A stretch of DNA of 64,000 nt from Hemiscyllium ocellatum (GCF_020745735.1 NC_083417.1:24118001-24182000), one strand, 5' to 3'. Positions 25,700 to 40,441 are shown, numbered from the stretch's first letter. Notes: generated by a model from the letters alone, not told the origin. Made by a program: numbers and translations.

Positions 25700-26865
25700 A
25701 CATTTGTTCAGGAAAGGATAGGCCAAGTAGCCCAGTCATAACTTTGATGATGGCAAAATAACTGGAAAAATTCTGAGGGACAGGAAATATCTTCATTTAG
25801 AATGATATAAATGAATCAAAACTTGTAAGCACACATTTGTTATGCAAATATCATGTTTGACAAACACTGTTGAAATCTTTGAGGACATAACAAGAAGTTG
25901 TTACTCTCAGCCTGGAGTCTGGTTACTAATGGTGTTGCACAAGGATTTGTTCTGGGACCACTGCTGTTTGTCATTTTTATAAATGACTTAGACGCAGGCA
26001 TAGGTGGATGGGTTAGTAATTTTGCAGATGTAGCTAAAGTCAATGGAGTAGTGGACAGTGTGGAAGAATGTTACAGGAAGACTTGGATAAACTGCAACAT
26101 TGAACGGAGAGGTGGCAAATGGAGTTCAATGCAGATAAATGTGAGGTGATTTACTTTGGGAAGAATAACGGGAAGTCAGAATACGGGGTCACTGGAAAGG
26201 TTCTTGGTAGTGTGGATGTGCAGAGGGATCTTGTAGTCCATGTATACAGATCCCTGAAAGTTGCCACCAAGTTGATAGTGGATTAGTGGTGCTGGAAGAG
26301 CTGAGGCAGAAAATAAGAACCAAGAGATTCATCTGGAACCACACAATACCAATTAGGTCACAGTTTGAAATTTTGATCACCGTAGTGTAAGAATGACATC
26401 ATTGCACCAGAAAGTGTGCAGAAGAGATAGAGGAGAATGCTGCCTGGACTGGCGAATACTATTTATGAGCAAAGACTGGATAGGTACAGGATTGTTTTGT
26501 TTGGACCGAGGGAGACTTAACTGGAGTGTATAAAATTGAGGGTGTGAGAGGAGTGGGGTGGCAAAATTCCTCAAGGAGCAGGGTCCATAACTAAGGACAC
26601 AAATTAAGGGAAGAAAAATTTGATAAGAAATTCTTTTCTACAAAAGGATGGTGGGCATTTGGAACTCACTACCTGAAAGTATGTTAAGTGCAGAATCATT
26701 CACCAGATTTAAAACGTATTTGGCTGTACACTTGAAGTACTGGAACCTTCAAAACCACAAATGAAAAGCTGAAAAGTGAAATTAATCTGGATGGCAACTT
26801 GCTGGCCATTTTGAAAAAGTAGAATGACTCTATCTGTGCTGTAAACCGAACATTGTATGATTCAA
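25700..26865 (+). mobile_element. Decayed CR1 LINE
   Basis: ORF 25898..26149 ([24 protein letters not shown]...FAD). Confidence 0.75.
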
Positions 26866-28562
26866 GGAAATTGATAGTTTGGACATTTTCAAAGTATTAC
26901 TTTATTTTATCTGAAATTTCAGTCTCTAAAGTTTTATGAAGTCTCAGTATTAACTAATAATATGGGATTGGAAGTAAACCAGTCTCCCAGCCCACATCTA
27001 AACTGATGTTTTGAAAATCTGAATAATTAGTTTACTGTCTCCCTTTTTAGCTTGTATCAACAAAATGCTGATCTTTCTGTGAAACAAGAATTAGAATAAA
27101 ACTCAAAATTGCTGTCTCATCAAATTTATTTTTCCTCACTCTATTAAGCACTTGACTGAAAAAAAACAATTTTAACTGAGCCAGATTGGTCATCTGACTT
27201 CCAACTGTGTTAGAGGTGAATAAACACTTGAGTTGATTGTTACAAAATGGGATTAAAGTATTAGTTAGTTTTTCACTGGATGGCCCATGGATTTTCTAAG
27301 CTTGAATCTGAATATTAGAAGTAAGGAGGGCACTCTCACACTCTCACTCTATTTAAACTGTCATGTTTATTTCAGTGACATTACTGGTATCATATTGATC
27401 ATACATCACACTATAGATATGAGAGGGTGTATGTTACCTGTAAATAAATCATACATAATTTTCTATTCTTTATATCGTAAATTAATCACAAAACTCAATA
27501 AAAGCAATATTTAGAAACAAATATCAACTTGATTGAAATATTCACTGCATTCTAACTCATCAATATTTTACAACTTCTAATGTGTCAGAGTATAGATCAC
27601 TTTGTTCGTTGGCCTAACAAAGTATTGTCAGAGGGGACAATAATTAGTGATTCATTGCCATAGATTTCAGACTGGACTGTTAACACACTAGTTATTGAAA
27701 CAATAAAAAGGACGATTGTTGCTTTAAAATTATTTTAATACTGAGCTATCTATAAAATTGATCTTCAATAAATTACATCTCATACTGCAGTTACAGAGTA
27801 TAAAATGAAAAAGCTAAAAGAAATGAGTCAGTGTGGAGGGATTTAAAATGTTTAAATTCTGAGAGAGAGAGAATACGCTTTCTTTAACAATAAACTGATA
27901 GAGGACTTGATAAACTTTGCAGCACTATGTGCATTTGGTCAGTAATGATGTAATTGTAATGCGAAAACATAATTCCTTTCTGAGGTAATGGTCTAGTGGT
28001 AAGGTCACTAGTCTGGTGATCACTGGGCCCAGACTAAAACTTGAGGTAACAGGTTAACCTGTGCAGTTGGTGGAAATTAAATTCAAATCAGCTAATTAAA
28101 GTCTAGATAGAGTTAAAAGTTGGTTTCGGCAAAGGTTCCATGAAATTATAATCAGCCATGTCGTGCCCCACTTTCAGAATTACAGTTGCATGGATTCAGG
28201 AATAAGTTGTCCTGGTAGACATCAACAGTAACTCCATACCCCATGAAATGTCAAAACATCAGTTTAAACATGGACTGGGAAACCTCTACCTATTATTTAC
28301 CATATACCACCCACAGTTGAAGAATTAGTACCTTATCTATTGAACATGGCTTGCAGCAAGCACTGAATGTGGCAAGGGCACTGAATGCACTCTGTGTGGG
28401 CAGACTTCTACTATCTGAACACTGAAGGACAAATCTGCCAGACTTTCAAATGGCAGGTGGTAAGGGATCAACAAGCGGACAAAATCTATGAGACCTCATT
28501 CTCACTAATTTACTTGTCGAAGACACATCTGTTCATGACAGTATATATAGGTATGGCCAGTG

Positions 28563-30085
28563 TGTGAGAAGCTAGGGAAGTGATTGCTGAGCCTCTTGCT
28601 GAGATATTTATATCATCAGTAGTCACAGGTGAGGTGCCAGAAGATTAGAGGTTGGCTAATGTGGTGCTACTGTTTAAGAAGAGTGGTAAGGGCAAGCCAG
28701 GGAACTATAGACCAGTGAACCTGATGTCAGTGGTGGGCAAGTTGTTGGTGGGAATCCTGAGGGACAGAATGTACATGTATTTGGAAAGGCGAAGACTGAT
28801 TAGTGATAGTCAACATGGCTTTGTGCTTGGGAAATCATGTCTCACAAACTTGATTCAGTTTTTTGAACAAGTAATGAAGAGGATTGATGAGGGCAGAGTG
28901 ATAGATGTGATCCATATGGACTTCAGTAAGGTGTTCGACAAGATTCCCCATGGGAAACTGGTGAGCAAGGTTCGATCTCACGGATTCCAGGGAGGAATTA
29001 GCCATTTGGATGCAGAACTGGCTCAAAGATAGAAGACAGAGGGAGGTGGTGAAGGGTTGTTTTTCAGACTGGAGGCCTGTGACCAGTGGAGTGCCACAAG
29101 GATCGGTACTTGGTCCTCTACTTTTTGTCATTTACATAAATGATTTGGATATGAACATAAGAGGTACACAGTTAGTAAGTTTGAAGATGACACCAAAACT
29201 GGGAGTGGAGTGGACAGTGAAGAAGGTTACCTCACATTACAACAGGATCCTGACCAGATGGGCCAATGGGCTGAGAAGTGGCAGATGGAGTTTAATTCAG
29301 ATAAATGCAAGGGTCTGCATTTTGGGAACGAAAATCTTAGCAGGACTTATACACTTAATGGTAAGGTCTGAGGGATGTTGCTGAACAAAGAGACCTTGGA
29401 GTGCAGGTTCATAGCTCCTTGAAAGTGGAGTCGCAGGTAGATAGGATAGTGAAGGAGGCGTTTGGTATGCTTTCCTTTATTGGTCAGAATATTGAGTACA
29501 GGAGTTGGCAGGTCATGTTGCGGCTGTACAGGACATTGGTTAGGCCACGGTTGGAATATTGCATGCAATTCTGGTCTCCTTCCTATCAGAAAGATGTTGT
29601 GAAACTTGAAAGGGTTCAGAAAAGATTTACAAGGATGTTGTCAGGGTTGGAGGATCTGAGCCACAGGGAGAGGCTGAACAGGCTGGGGCTGTTTTCCCTG
29701 GAGCGTCAGAGGCTGAGGGGTGACCTTATAGAGATTTACAAAATTATGAGGAGCATGGATGGGGTAAATAGACAAAGTCTTTGCTCTGGTGTGAGGGGAG
29801 TCCAGAACTAGAGGGCATAGGTAAACCTAAATAAAAGAGACCTATGGGGCAACTTTTTCACGCAGATGGTGGTACTTGTATGGAATGAGCTGCCAGAGGA
29901 AGTGGTGGAGCTGGTACAATTGCAACATTTAAGAGGCATTTGGGTGGGTATATGAATAGGAAGGGTTTGGAGGGATATGGGCTGGGTGCTGGCAATTGGG
30001 ACTAGATTGAGTTGGGATATCTGGTCGGCAATGACGGGTTGGAACGAAGGGTCTGTTTCCTGCTGTACACCTTTATGACTCTTTT
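28563..30085 (+). mobile_element. CR1 LINE, 5'-truncated
   Basis: RT fragments in ORFs 28652..29032, 29010..29384 and 29401..29811; highly similar to the 3' half of 19420-22563. Confidence 0.92.
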
Positions 30086-30229
30086 TAGGAAAGCTCCACC
30101 ATATTGTGTGGCATTACCACTGGGCTAAATGGTAGATTTACAACAGATTTAACTTCGCATAACTAGGCATCCACGAGTTACTGTGGGCCACCAGCACCAG
30201 CAGAATTAGGTTTAATTAGAGTTTGTCAT

Positions 30230-33200
30230 GGCCTGGCATAGTCCCCACTCTACCATTGCCAACAATGCAAAGGCTGAACCTTAGTTCAATGAAGGGTGCA
30301 GGAATGTATGCCAAGAACAGCACCAGCCATACATAATCTGTCAATCTTGTGAAGCTGCAACATAGGACTTCTTATGTGCTAAATAGTGGAAACAGCATTC
30401 ATTAGGTAGAGCCAAGAGATCCCACAACTAATGGATCAGATCAAAATCCGATAGTCCAACTGTGAATAGAGGAGGATATTTAAACAATTTACAGGAGGCG
30501 GCAGCTTTACAAGTATTCCCATCCTCAGTGATGGGTAAGCCCAGTCCATCAGTGAAAAAGACAAAACTGAAGTATTTGCATCCATCTTCAGCAAGGAACA
30601 AATATATGACCCATCTTGGCTGCCTCCTGGGGTTCCCAATATCACAAATACAGTCTCAATTCAAGACTACAGGCCCTGACGACATCCAACCTGTAGTACT
30701 GAAGACTTGTGCTCCAAAATTAGCCCCGTCTGGGACAGCAACACCAGCATCTATTCAGCAATGTGGAAAAACTGAACAAACATGTCCTACCCACAAAACG
30801 CAGGACAGTGTCACTGCTTCATTTCTGACTTTCTGGAGAGAAAATCATAACTTTCATGATAATTGCATAATATTTAGTACCATTCATAACCCTTCAGATA
30901 CTGTCCACAGGCAGCAAAAGTAGACAACATTATGACTTGATCTGACAGCAGGCAAGAAAACTTGTGTCACACAAATTCCAAAGTGATCATCTCCCTTTCA
31001 CATTTAAAGGCATTACCATTACGGAATTCCCCACTATCAATGTGGGGTTATCACCAGACTACTGCAGTACCTTTTGCGAGGGTACCTAGGGATGGGTAAC
31101 AAATGCTCGTCAGGTGAAAGAGTTGGAAAAAGACTAAACTGGACTGGATCAGCTATATAAATACTATAGCAACAACAGGCTGGCAATTCTGAGACAAGGA
31201 GAAAGTGAGGTCTGCAGATGCTGGAGATCAGAGCTGAAAATGCGCAGTTCCCTGGATGCTGCCTGACCTGCTGCGCTTTTTCAGCAACACATTTTCAATT
31301 CTGAGACAAACCAATCATCTCCTAGTTCCCAAAACCTGTTCATTACCTGCAAAGCACAAGTTGGGAGTATGATTGAATCGTCTCTCTTGGTGAATATAGT
31401 TACAACATTTAAGAAGTTTGACTTTCTCAAAGCAATCCATTTAAACATCTCTAGATCACTTTCTGAAACATTCACTTCACTAACAGTGCACACTGGCAGC
31501 ATTGTATATTACCCACAAGATTGATAGCACCTTCTAAACTCTTTACTTCCAATATCTAGGACATGGGTAGCAGGTACACAAGAACACCAACATCTGCAAG
31601 CTTCCTTCAATCTACATGCCATCTTGACCTGAAACTATAATCACTGTTCATTCATTGTCATTGGATCAAAACCCTGAAAATCTCCTTCCTCACAGCATTG
31701 TGGGTATGTCTATAATCACACTTGGTGAAGGTACCAAACAAGCTTCTTTGCGTGATAAACAGTACCAGCAGCAAGCGATCAGGCAGAGTCAAGGGATTCC
31801 ACAACCAACAGATGAGATCGAAGGTCTACAAACCTGAAACATTCAGCCATGAATGATGGAGGACAATTAAATAACTCACTAGAGGAGGAAGCTCCACAAA
31901 GATCCCCATTCTCTATGCATCCACATCAGTGCTAAAGAGAAGGCTGAAGCATTTGCAACAAGCCTCAGCCAGAAATGCTGGATGTGGATGATTCATCTCA
32001 GACTCCTCCAATTTTCAAGCCAATTTGATTTACTCCACACGTTACCAAGAAAAGCAGGCACTGGATACTGCAAAGGCTAATGGTCCCAACAACATTCTGG
32101 CAGTAGTACTGAAGACTTGTGTTCCAAGACTTGCTGCACCCCAAACCAAGTTGTTCCAATACAACTATAACACTGGCATTTACCCAACAATGTGTAAACT
32201 TGTCCATCTATGTCCTGTGCACAAAAAAACAACAACCCGGGACAAATCCAACTCAGCCAATTAGAACCCCGTCAGTTTACTCGCAATCAACAGCAAAGTG
32301 GTGGATGATGTCATCCCCAGTGCTATCAAACAGCACTTGTTTAGGAACACGCTGCTCACCCTGTTTCGGTTCTGCAAAGGCCATTTATAGCTCGACCTCA
32401 TTGGTCAGGCTTGGTTCAAACATGGGGAGGGGAGTGTGATAGCCTTTGATATCAAGCCCACAGTAGAGTGAGCGTGGCATCAAGGACCCCTTGCAAAACT
32501 AGATTCAAAGGGAATAAGGAGAAAAGTCTCTACTGATTAGAGTCATTCCTGCCATATAGGAGAATAGCTATAATTGTTGCTGGTCAGTTATCTTAGTTAC
32601 GGGATATCTTCATAGGAGTTCCTCAAGGGAGTGACCTCAGCCCAGTCTTCAACTACTTCATCAATGAGCTTCCCCCATTATAAGGTCAGAAGTGGGAATG
32701 TTCACTGAATATTGCAGAATATTCATCACCATGCACAACTCCTTAGAACTGAAGTTATGCATGGTCAAATCCAGGCTTGGGCTGACAAGTGGCAAGTATT
32801 ATCCATGCTACATAAATGCCAGCCAATGACCACTCCAATTAGAGATAAGCTAACCACTGCCCCTTGGTATTCATTGGTGCCACCATCATTGAATCCCCCA
32901 GTATTAACATCCTGGAAACTTACCATTAACCAGAAATTCAATTGGATTTGCCACTTAATCACAACTACTATAAGAGATTAGGGGTACTGTGGCAAGTAAC
33001 GCATTTCCTGAATCACCAAAGCGTGTTCACCATCTACAAGGTACAAGTCAGGAGTGTGATGGAATAATTCCCTCTTGCCTGAATGAGTGCAACTCGAACA
33101 CTCGAAGTCTGACATCAAGGACAAAGCAGCCACATGCGCAAGACATCTACAAATATCCACTCCATCCACTACATTCGCTCAATACACACTGCTGATACGA

Positions 33201-33480
33201 CTATCTACAAGATACACTGCAGAAATTCACCAAAGATCCTGAGTCAGCACCTTCCAAATTCACGACCAGCAGATGGATGGGAACACATCACCTGCAAGTT
33301 CCCATCCAAGCCACTCACCGGATTAAAATCATGGAATTCCCTCCCCAAGGCCATTGTGGGTCTATCTACAGCAAATAGACTGCAGCAGTTCAAGAAGGGA
33401 GCTCACTACCACCTTCTCAAGGGAAAGGTGGAATACGCAATAAATGTTGGGAAGGTGGCACTATTGACATCCAACAAGAA
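30230..33480 (+). mobile_element. Two tandem decayed CR1/L2-group LINE relics of a second family
   Basis: GPDDIQPVVLKTCAPKLA and ANGPNNILAVVLKTCVPRLAAPQTKLFQYNYNTGIYP; IQAWADKWQV; SWNSLP. Confidence 0.75.
31198..31295. mobile_element. ~100-bp inverted PLE-terminus insertion inside a CR1 relic
   Basis: Direct repeat CAATTCTGAGACAA at 31184-31197 and 31296-31309. Confidence 0.75.
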
Positions 33481-34106
33481 AATTACGAAAAAGGGACTAA
33501 AGTTCAAGGCAGCATCTCACCATTATCTGCAAGGACAATTAATGGGGGATCAAATGGAGTCAAGCCAAATCACACAACATTAATGTTAAATGTAACATGA
33601 GAAATTAAAATATAACACTTCGCTTTTGCTTGAATGTGCCAAGTGTAATTCTTTATATTTTGATTTGTAGGATGTAAGAAATTCCTGCAATTAGTATTTC
33701 ACTGTGAATATCTAACACACCCCATTCCCATTTTATATCGTGTAACTTTTTTTAGTAAACTTTGATCACTTTGATATGTCCCATCTCATAGCCACATAGC
33801 CTGTTAAAACAGATATGAAGAATGCTCATCCCGCAATGCAATCCAAGAGATACTTGAAGCACAGAATAAAAATTTGAGTCACCATCTTGAATCATAAGAA
33901 ACAATTACATGAAGTGTAGACTTATGAAACAGAATGAGTGACATGGAAAAACAAACTTGGCAAAATAACTCAACCAAATTTCAAGCTTTTATTCAGCAAT
34001 ACATGCACTGGCTGTACTGCAAATTGCTCTTTTAATCAATTATCTTTTATGATGCTTAGATCGTCATGGTCAAAATTAATTGAAGCTATCCAAGAATGCT
34101 ACATGT

Positions 34107-34123
34107 GCACCACCTAGTGGCAG
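34107..34123 (-). promoter_or_regulatory. Candidate CTCF binding site
   Basis: Minus strand reads CTGCCACTAGGTGGTGC, a close match to the CTCF core CCASYAGRKGGCRS. Confidence 0.55.
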
Positions 34124-34181
34124 GATGCTGACATTAGCTGGAGTAAACAGTTGGGACTTGGACCTTCAATTATAGCACAGA

Positions 34182-34429
34182 GGGCTAAAGTGAGGACTGC
34201 AGATGCTGGAATCCAGAGTTTAGATCAGAGTGTTGCTGGAAAAGCAAAGCAGGTCAGGCAGCATCCGAGGAGCAGGAAGAGTGACATTTCAGGCAAAAGC
34301 CCTTCATCAGGAATAAAGCTCTATTCCTCTATTCCTGATGATGGGCTTTTGCCTGAACCGTTGATTTTCCTGCTCCTCGGATACTGCCTGACCTGCTGTA
34401 CTTTTCCAGCACCACTTTGATATAAAATC
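34182..34429. mobile_element. Palindromic PLE-terminus mini-insertion
   Basis: Two inverted termini; direct repeat ATAGCACAGA at 34172-34181 and 34430-34439. Confidence 0.8.
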
Positions 34430-35278
34430 ATAGCACAGATCTCATTATACTGTAATCTCAACTCCACTTGCCTGTCTTTTGTCCCATAACCCTCCCTGAA
34501 TCATAGAATTCTAAATGAATGTAGGGTAGAGGTGGAGAGATATTAAAAAGCACTGCAAACCAAAATAACATGATGGCAACGGAGGGAAATAGAGTTAGAT
34601 GGATCAAACCTTTTCAATTCTTCATAACTAAGCCCTTGATTAATAGAACAAGATCAATGAACTATCTGAAATATTTATATCCTTTATCAAATAATGATAA
34701 AATTATTGGCAGTCTCCAAATGTGACTTCACCACTGCTTTGTATAGCAAAGATTCCCTAACCTTTGTATTCTATTGCCCTTGAAATAAACCTCAGTGTTC
34801 CTAAATACTTGATGTACTTACAAACTAATCTCTTGAGACTCTTGTCTCTTTGTAGAGTAATTTCCTCCTATTCAAAAGTAATTTTACTATTCTTTCTGCC
34901 AAAGTAGACAAATTCACATTTTTCAGCAGAATACTGTCATCTGACAATCTTTTGCCCAATCACTGAACTGGTCTTTGTCCTTTTGTAAACTCTTTACCTC
35001 TAGTCAACTTAATTCCCCATCTTAGTTTCAAGTTACCATGTTGGACTCTGATCCAAATGATTGATATAGATAGTAAACAGCTGATGCCACACTGAACTTG
35101 TGGCACTCCATTACAGTTTGCCTCACCAAAAATAATCCATCCATCTTCACTGTTCCTTGTTTAAGAATCAATACTCTGTCCATGATATTATGTTGTTACC
35201 TTTTACAATACGTGTTCTTTTTGCATCACAATCTCCATTCCTTCTAATAAAAACAGGAAATTTCAGAATTTAAAATTC

Positions 35279-37682
35279 TTTATTTCAAAATATGAACAGA
35301 TTAAAACTATGTCTGAAAATAACTTCAACATTAATCTGGATATAAATAATCAAATTACCAAACAAAAATCACAGCCCAACTAAAATAAACATTAAAATCA
35401 ATCACACAGTATAGCAACAGAAAATATTTATTTCAAAAGAATATAAAATATTACCAGGCACCTACTCAAGTGTTCGGAAAAATCTAAGCAGCAAGCTTAC
35501 TGTCATTACCATTATACATTTAAAATACAATGAATGAATGAAAGCATACACAAACAAAATATTGCAAGATCCTGAAAATCTGAAGTAAAAACAGAAAATG
35601 CTAGATAGTAATTAGCCATCTGTAAAGCAAAAGTGTCAATATTTTAGGTCACTGACCTCTCGGCAGCTCTAATTCTCCACTGATGCTACCCGAACTGAGT
35701 ATTTTCAGTATTTTTTTAAATTTCATGGATTTCAGCTTTTCCGTATTCTTAGAACAATTTTTAGAGTTAGGTATTCTAGCTTAAAATGCTTTTCAGCATG
35801 CAGCTCTAACCTTCAATGTCTGTGAATATTTTAGTTTATGCTAGCATTCAGGCACCACTGCAAGAAGGTTGTAAGAAAATAATTTAAAGGCATTAATTAT
35901 ATATTAAGTGATGGGGCAATGTTTTAGCACCTGAGCAGCAACTTTAGTGTCACTATTGGAAATATTAATCTGTTTTTAAGTGGGTTTGGTAATTAAGCAG
36001 AGCAAATTTCCTGATCGTTTTAACCACTTAAAATTTTCAAAACGGCATCCTGCTTTGGATAAGGAATCATACCTGAATGCAGAGTGCACTTCCTTAGCAT
36101 AGAGTTCTTGCTTAAAATTTTGTTAGACCACTGAATTCCAGAAAGAGTGATAATTTTAATACTCAATGTTGCTATTTTCAATAATAAGACAAAAATTGTG
36201 TTGAAATTGATTTGGATGCATTTCAATTTAATTATGTTATAATCTAAAGGTTGCTGAAATAGTTAAAGCACAACTGGATGAATTTAGGCCACCTGCTGAA
36301 ATTGGCTATAGCTTAAAATCAAAGCTACACCTTAAATTAAACAATTGTTAAGCATTTATGACAAGATTTTACATGTCAAAGTGAAGTATTTTAACCAGAT
36401 AATGTGCAACTTCCACAGGACAATAAACATTTCCAGAAAGTTTAACTTCTGTAGGCAAACTCCAAAGACACTATTACAAAACTTGTGATTCTGGTCTTAT
36501 TGTCATGAACATCCAGAATGACCATTTTGACAATTCACGATTATATGTCCTATTCTTCTTTCTCCCACTCAATGATCTAACTCTACCAAGTCTGAACTGC
36601 ATATGTTCAAGGTAAGATTTGAAAGGTATACACAAATAAATTTTGCATATTGTTTTGTATTCCACAGTGAGGATGCACCAACTATTTGAGGTTACAATTG
36701 ACTGCTTACTGAATTCAGAGTAGTCGCATAACCAATATTTCTGCAAAGTAATAATTACATCATTTTAAGAAAAAACAGGGCACACATGAGGCACTTTTTA
36801 AATAAGGCCAGATTGTTTCAAATTCTTAGCTGCCTATATAGTTCTAACTTTATCCTTGCTTGGTTGGCAGAGCAAAGGAAATAAATCCATTTCATAAATA
36901 TTAGAGGCGTGAGGTCCACTCACAGAAGACAATAAATTGGTTGTCCAAGTGTATATAAACCAAAAACATGCATGGCTAAAGTATGCCACAACTCTATTGT
37001 CAACTGTAGAAAAGAAAAATAGATTTCGTCTCCTCCTGTTTTGACCCAATTGCTTGTTGCACAAAAATCAGCATTTACTGAAAATGGCAGCCTACAGGAA
37101 AAGTTTACAAACTTTGCAGGTCGCGTTCACTTCAAAAAGGTACACATAGAAGAATATTTCATCCTCACATAGCAAATGTTTTCTTTACATCCCATCCAGC
37201 TAGACACATGCAAATTCTGTAAATCAATACTCTGATAAACATAATCCTTCCCAATTCTCAAAAAAAAATCAATAAAACTTCAGATGGTCACTGATCCTGC
37301 ACATTGCCCCAACATCAGCCAAACCAAGTTGGTCTCAGAATTAAGACAAGTATACACAGTCTATCAGTATGGTTCTGAAGCTTACAAAATCAGTTTGTGT
37401 GTATACATAATAATGTAAAAGGATAAAGGGGCTGTCTGTCAGAAAAGGTTTACTTTACATTCAGTGATAACAGTCATGACTATGAGAATCGATAGTTAAC
37501 CCTTTAATATACTTTTTTTAAAAATTCAGACTAGCTTTTATAAGAGTTTAAAAGTGAAAGTAGCTAATCATTCTAATGTATGTATAATGAAAGTAAACGT
37601 TTTTGGCCATTATACATATTGTACAAAAGTCACGCAGGATCATACACAGTCCATCAGTTGGGATTAGAAGCCAACTCCTCTT
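35279..37682 (-). other. CHMP1A: Probable CHMP1A 3' UTR with candidate AATAAA signals at 35427-35432 and 35279-35284
   Basis: AT-rich, repeat-poor stretch directly after the stop codon; minus-strand AATAAA hexamers. The true 3' end cannot be determined from sequence alone. Confidence 0.4.
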
Positions 37683-37704
37683 TCAATTCCTTAGAGCAGC
37701 CAAC
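37683..37704 (-). CDS. CHMP1A: CHMP1A exon 7 (stop codon; completes the MIM1 helix)
   Basis: ccag|G TTG GCT GCT CTA AGG AAT TGA = (R)LAALRN*; total CDS 597 nt = 198 aa. Confidence 0.93.
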
Positions 37705-37989
37705 CTGGTAAAGAACATTGAAAAGTCACAAGAGGACCAGAAAAACAAAATTATGTATACACATTGTTTAAACATTTTAAAATTGCAAAGTTTGAATTAT
37801 AGGCTACGATAAATAAATTTGTTCTTTTTTCCCCACAGGATAAGGTACATTACTATGTCGTTAATCATTTTAGTGAAGCAAATAAAGTACAGAATATAGT
37901 ATCTGACAGTAGATACAATTGCACAATTGGACCACACTCAAGATACCACAAATGACATTGTGGACAATAAAAACATGAGGTGGTAGTAT

Positions 37990-38815
37990 ATTGACATGGA
38001 TTGAACATCTGATAACTAACAGGAAGCAGCAAGTGTGCACAAGTGCATGATATTCTGGTTGGCAAGGTATAACAAATGATTGCCACAAAAATGTAAATGA
38101 CTTGAAAGAGACCAAAGTCCAGTTGTTAAATATATAGATGACAAAAGATGGGTCGGAAGAGAAGGTAACATATGGACACTACAAAGGGATTTAGAAGAGT
38201 TCCACAAATGAAAAGGCTCAGTCAAATGAAGTATATTGTGGGAAGATGAGTTATACATATTGGCAAAACAAAAAGCATATTATCCAAATGGTAAGGAAGT
38301 TGCAGTGCTTTGAGGTGTAGAAGGCTCTCTGTATTCTGGTACACGAATCATAAAATATTAGAATGCAGGTACAGCAAGTGATTTGGAAAGCTAATAGAAT
38401 ATTATTTATTGAGAGAGGAATGGAATAGAGTGCAGACAGATTATGCTTCAGTTATTCAAGATATTGGTGACACCACATCTCATGTACTGTATAGTTTGGA
38501 TTTCCTTATTTAAGGATGTAAATGTGTTGGAAGCAGTTCATTGAAGATGTATTAGACTAATACCTGGAATAGGCTGTCTTATGAGGAAAGATTGAACAGG
38601 ATAGGGTTGAGTTTAGAAAAGAAAATGGCATCATGATGGAAAACATACAAAATCCTGGGAGGTCTTGACAGGATGGATCTGAAAAGGCTATTCCCCCTTG
38701 TGGGAGAATCTGGAACTAGCAATGACTGTTTACAAACAGATGAAGCAGAGACTATGTATAATGTTAAGGCAGTGGTATACAGATCTTTGAGCGGCAAGGC
38801 AATGAATGGTTATTT
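37990..38815 (+). mobile_element. Decayed CR1 LINE in CHMP1A intron 6
   Basis: Degenerate similarity to the CR1 RT and 3' region. Confidence 0.65.
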
Positions 38816-38934
38816 AAATTAGAAGAGAAGATAAGATAGTGTTCTCGGATTAGCAAAGATGTTGTTATATGGCTAAGTGGTTTACTTTTGCTTCTAAATT
38901 TGGATGTTTTTGCTAAATATTACCGAGCATTTAG

Positions 38935-39470
38935 TGAGTTTGAGGTTCTGGATGTAGGTTTGCTCACTGAGCTGGAAGGTTCATTTCCAGATGTTTCATT
39001 ACCCTACTATGTAACATCTGGGCCTCTGGGCGGAGCACTGTTGATAATTCCTGCTTTCTACATATATGTTTGGGTTTCTTTGGCTTGGTGTTATCATTTC
39101 CTGTGTGATGTCATTTCCTGTTCTTTTTCTCAGGTGGTGGTAGATGGGGTCCAACTCAGTGTGCTTGTTGATATAGAGTTCTGGTTGGAATGCCACGCTT
39201 CTAGGAATTCTCGTGCATGTGTCTATTTGGCTTGTCCTACGGTGGATGTGTTATCCCAGTCGAAATGGTGTCCTTCCTTATCTGTATGTAAGGATACTAG
39301 TGAGAGAGGGCCAAGTCATTTTGTGGCTAGTTGATGTTCATGTATCCTGTTGGCTACTTCTCTGCCTGTTTATCTAATGTAGTGTTTGTTACAGCCCTTG
39401 CACTGTATTTTGTAAATAACAAAAGTTTTGCTTGGTAACCTTCCAGCTCATCGAGCAAACCTACATCCAT
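38935..39470 (-). mobile_element. Decayed Penelope-like element related to family B, in CHMP1A intron 6
   Basis: ORF 38999..39196 (INKHTELDPIYHHL) resembles the 44291..44710 product; short inverted terminus at ~39438-39470. Confidence 0.75.
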
Positions 39471-40441
39471 TCCAAAGTTATACTAAGTGAAGATTGTCAT
39501 TGGCACACACAAAGTTATATACACTAATACATATGGCCCTTCATTTTGCAGACAGAAGTAACATAAATGCATTGTGCCCTTTTCAACTTAACCAAAAGGT
39601 GGCAACCATTGTCTTGTTTACTACTCAGGACAGTGCCTTGACCAACCAAATGATTGTTTAAATTTAAACAAGTTTGGTAGGTAACTGCCATGGCAACTTA
39701 TCTACCAGAGCCCATATTCCAATCTCTGAAGCCATTTATACTTTAATGAATTTTTAAAAGAAGCCAAACACAGAGCAAAATTAATGAAGAATTTGAATTT
39801 TACTGTGCTTTAAAAACAGACTTGTATTTTCAGTCCTTAAGACTTGACTGTGGAAGCAGGGGAGATTTTGGACTGATTGTTTTCAGGACCGTTTTTTTTA
39901 AAACTATGACAGTCGTATTAATATCAGACAGTGGGTACAAGACAGCAGATAAGAAAAGGCAAAAGGCCTTTGAATAAATGGAAATTGGTGTGGACAGGAA
40001 ATAGAAGAGGAAACCATGATGGAGGTTGAAAGGGATGGGAGGTGGAGTCTGATCATTTTATGGGAAGCACTTGGGGAAACTTTAAAAATTCACTTTTAAC
40101 AAAATGATTAACAGAAGAGTTAATAAACCAGAAATTGCAAAGCTACAAGATGAAATTTGAGCCTTCTCAAATCATTACACACATTTCATTGACAAATCCA
40201 TTAAACATTCCAACTACAGCTAAGACTTCTCAATGGACTGTGGCAAGAAATAGCAAAGTTGTTAGTTCGATTATAATATGCACTTCACAGTGCTGTTGTA
40301 AATGGCGAGACAAGCTTATTCAAGCTAACTTAAATAAGATGTTTCCATTAGTTCTCTCATGTCCAGTAAGGTTTAAAGTCTATGATATGTTTTAATGTTA
40401 TATTAAAACTGTTTAAAATGCAAGAGTCACACATCTCCCAC

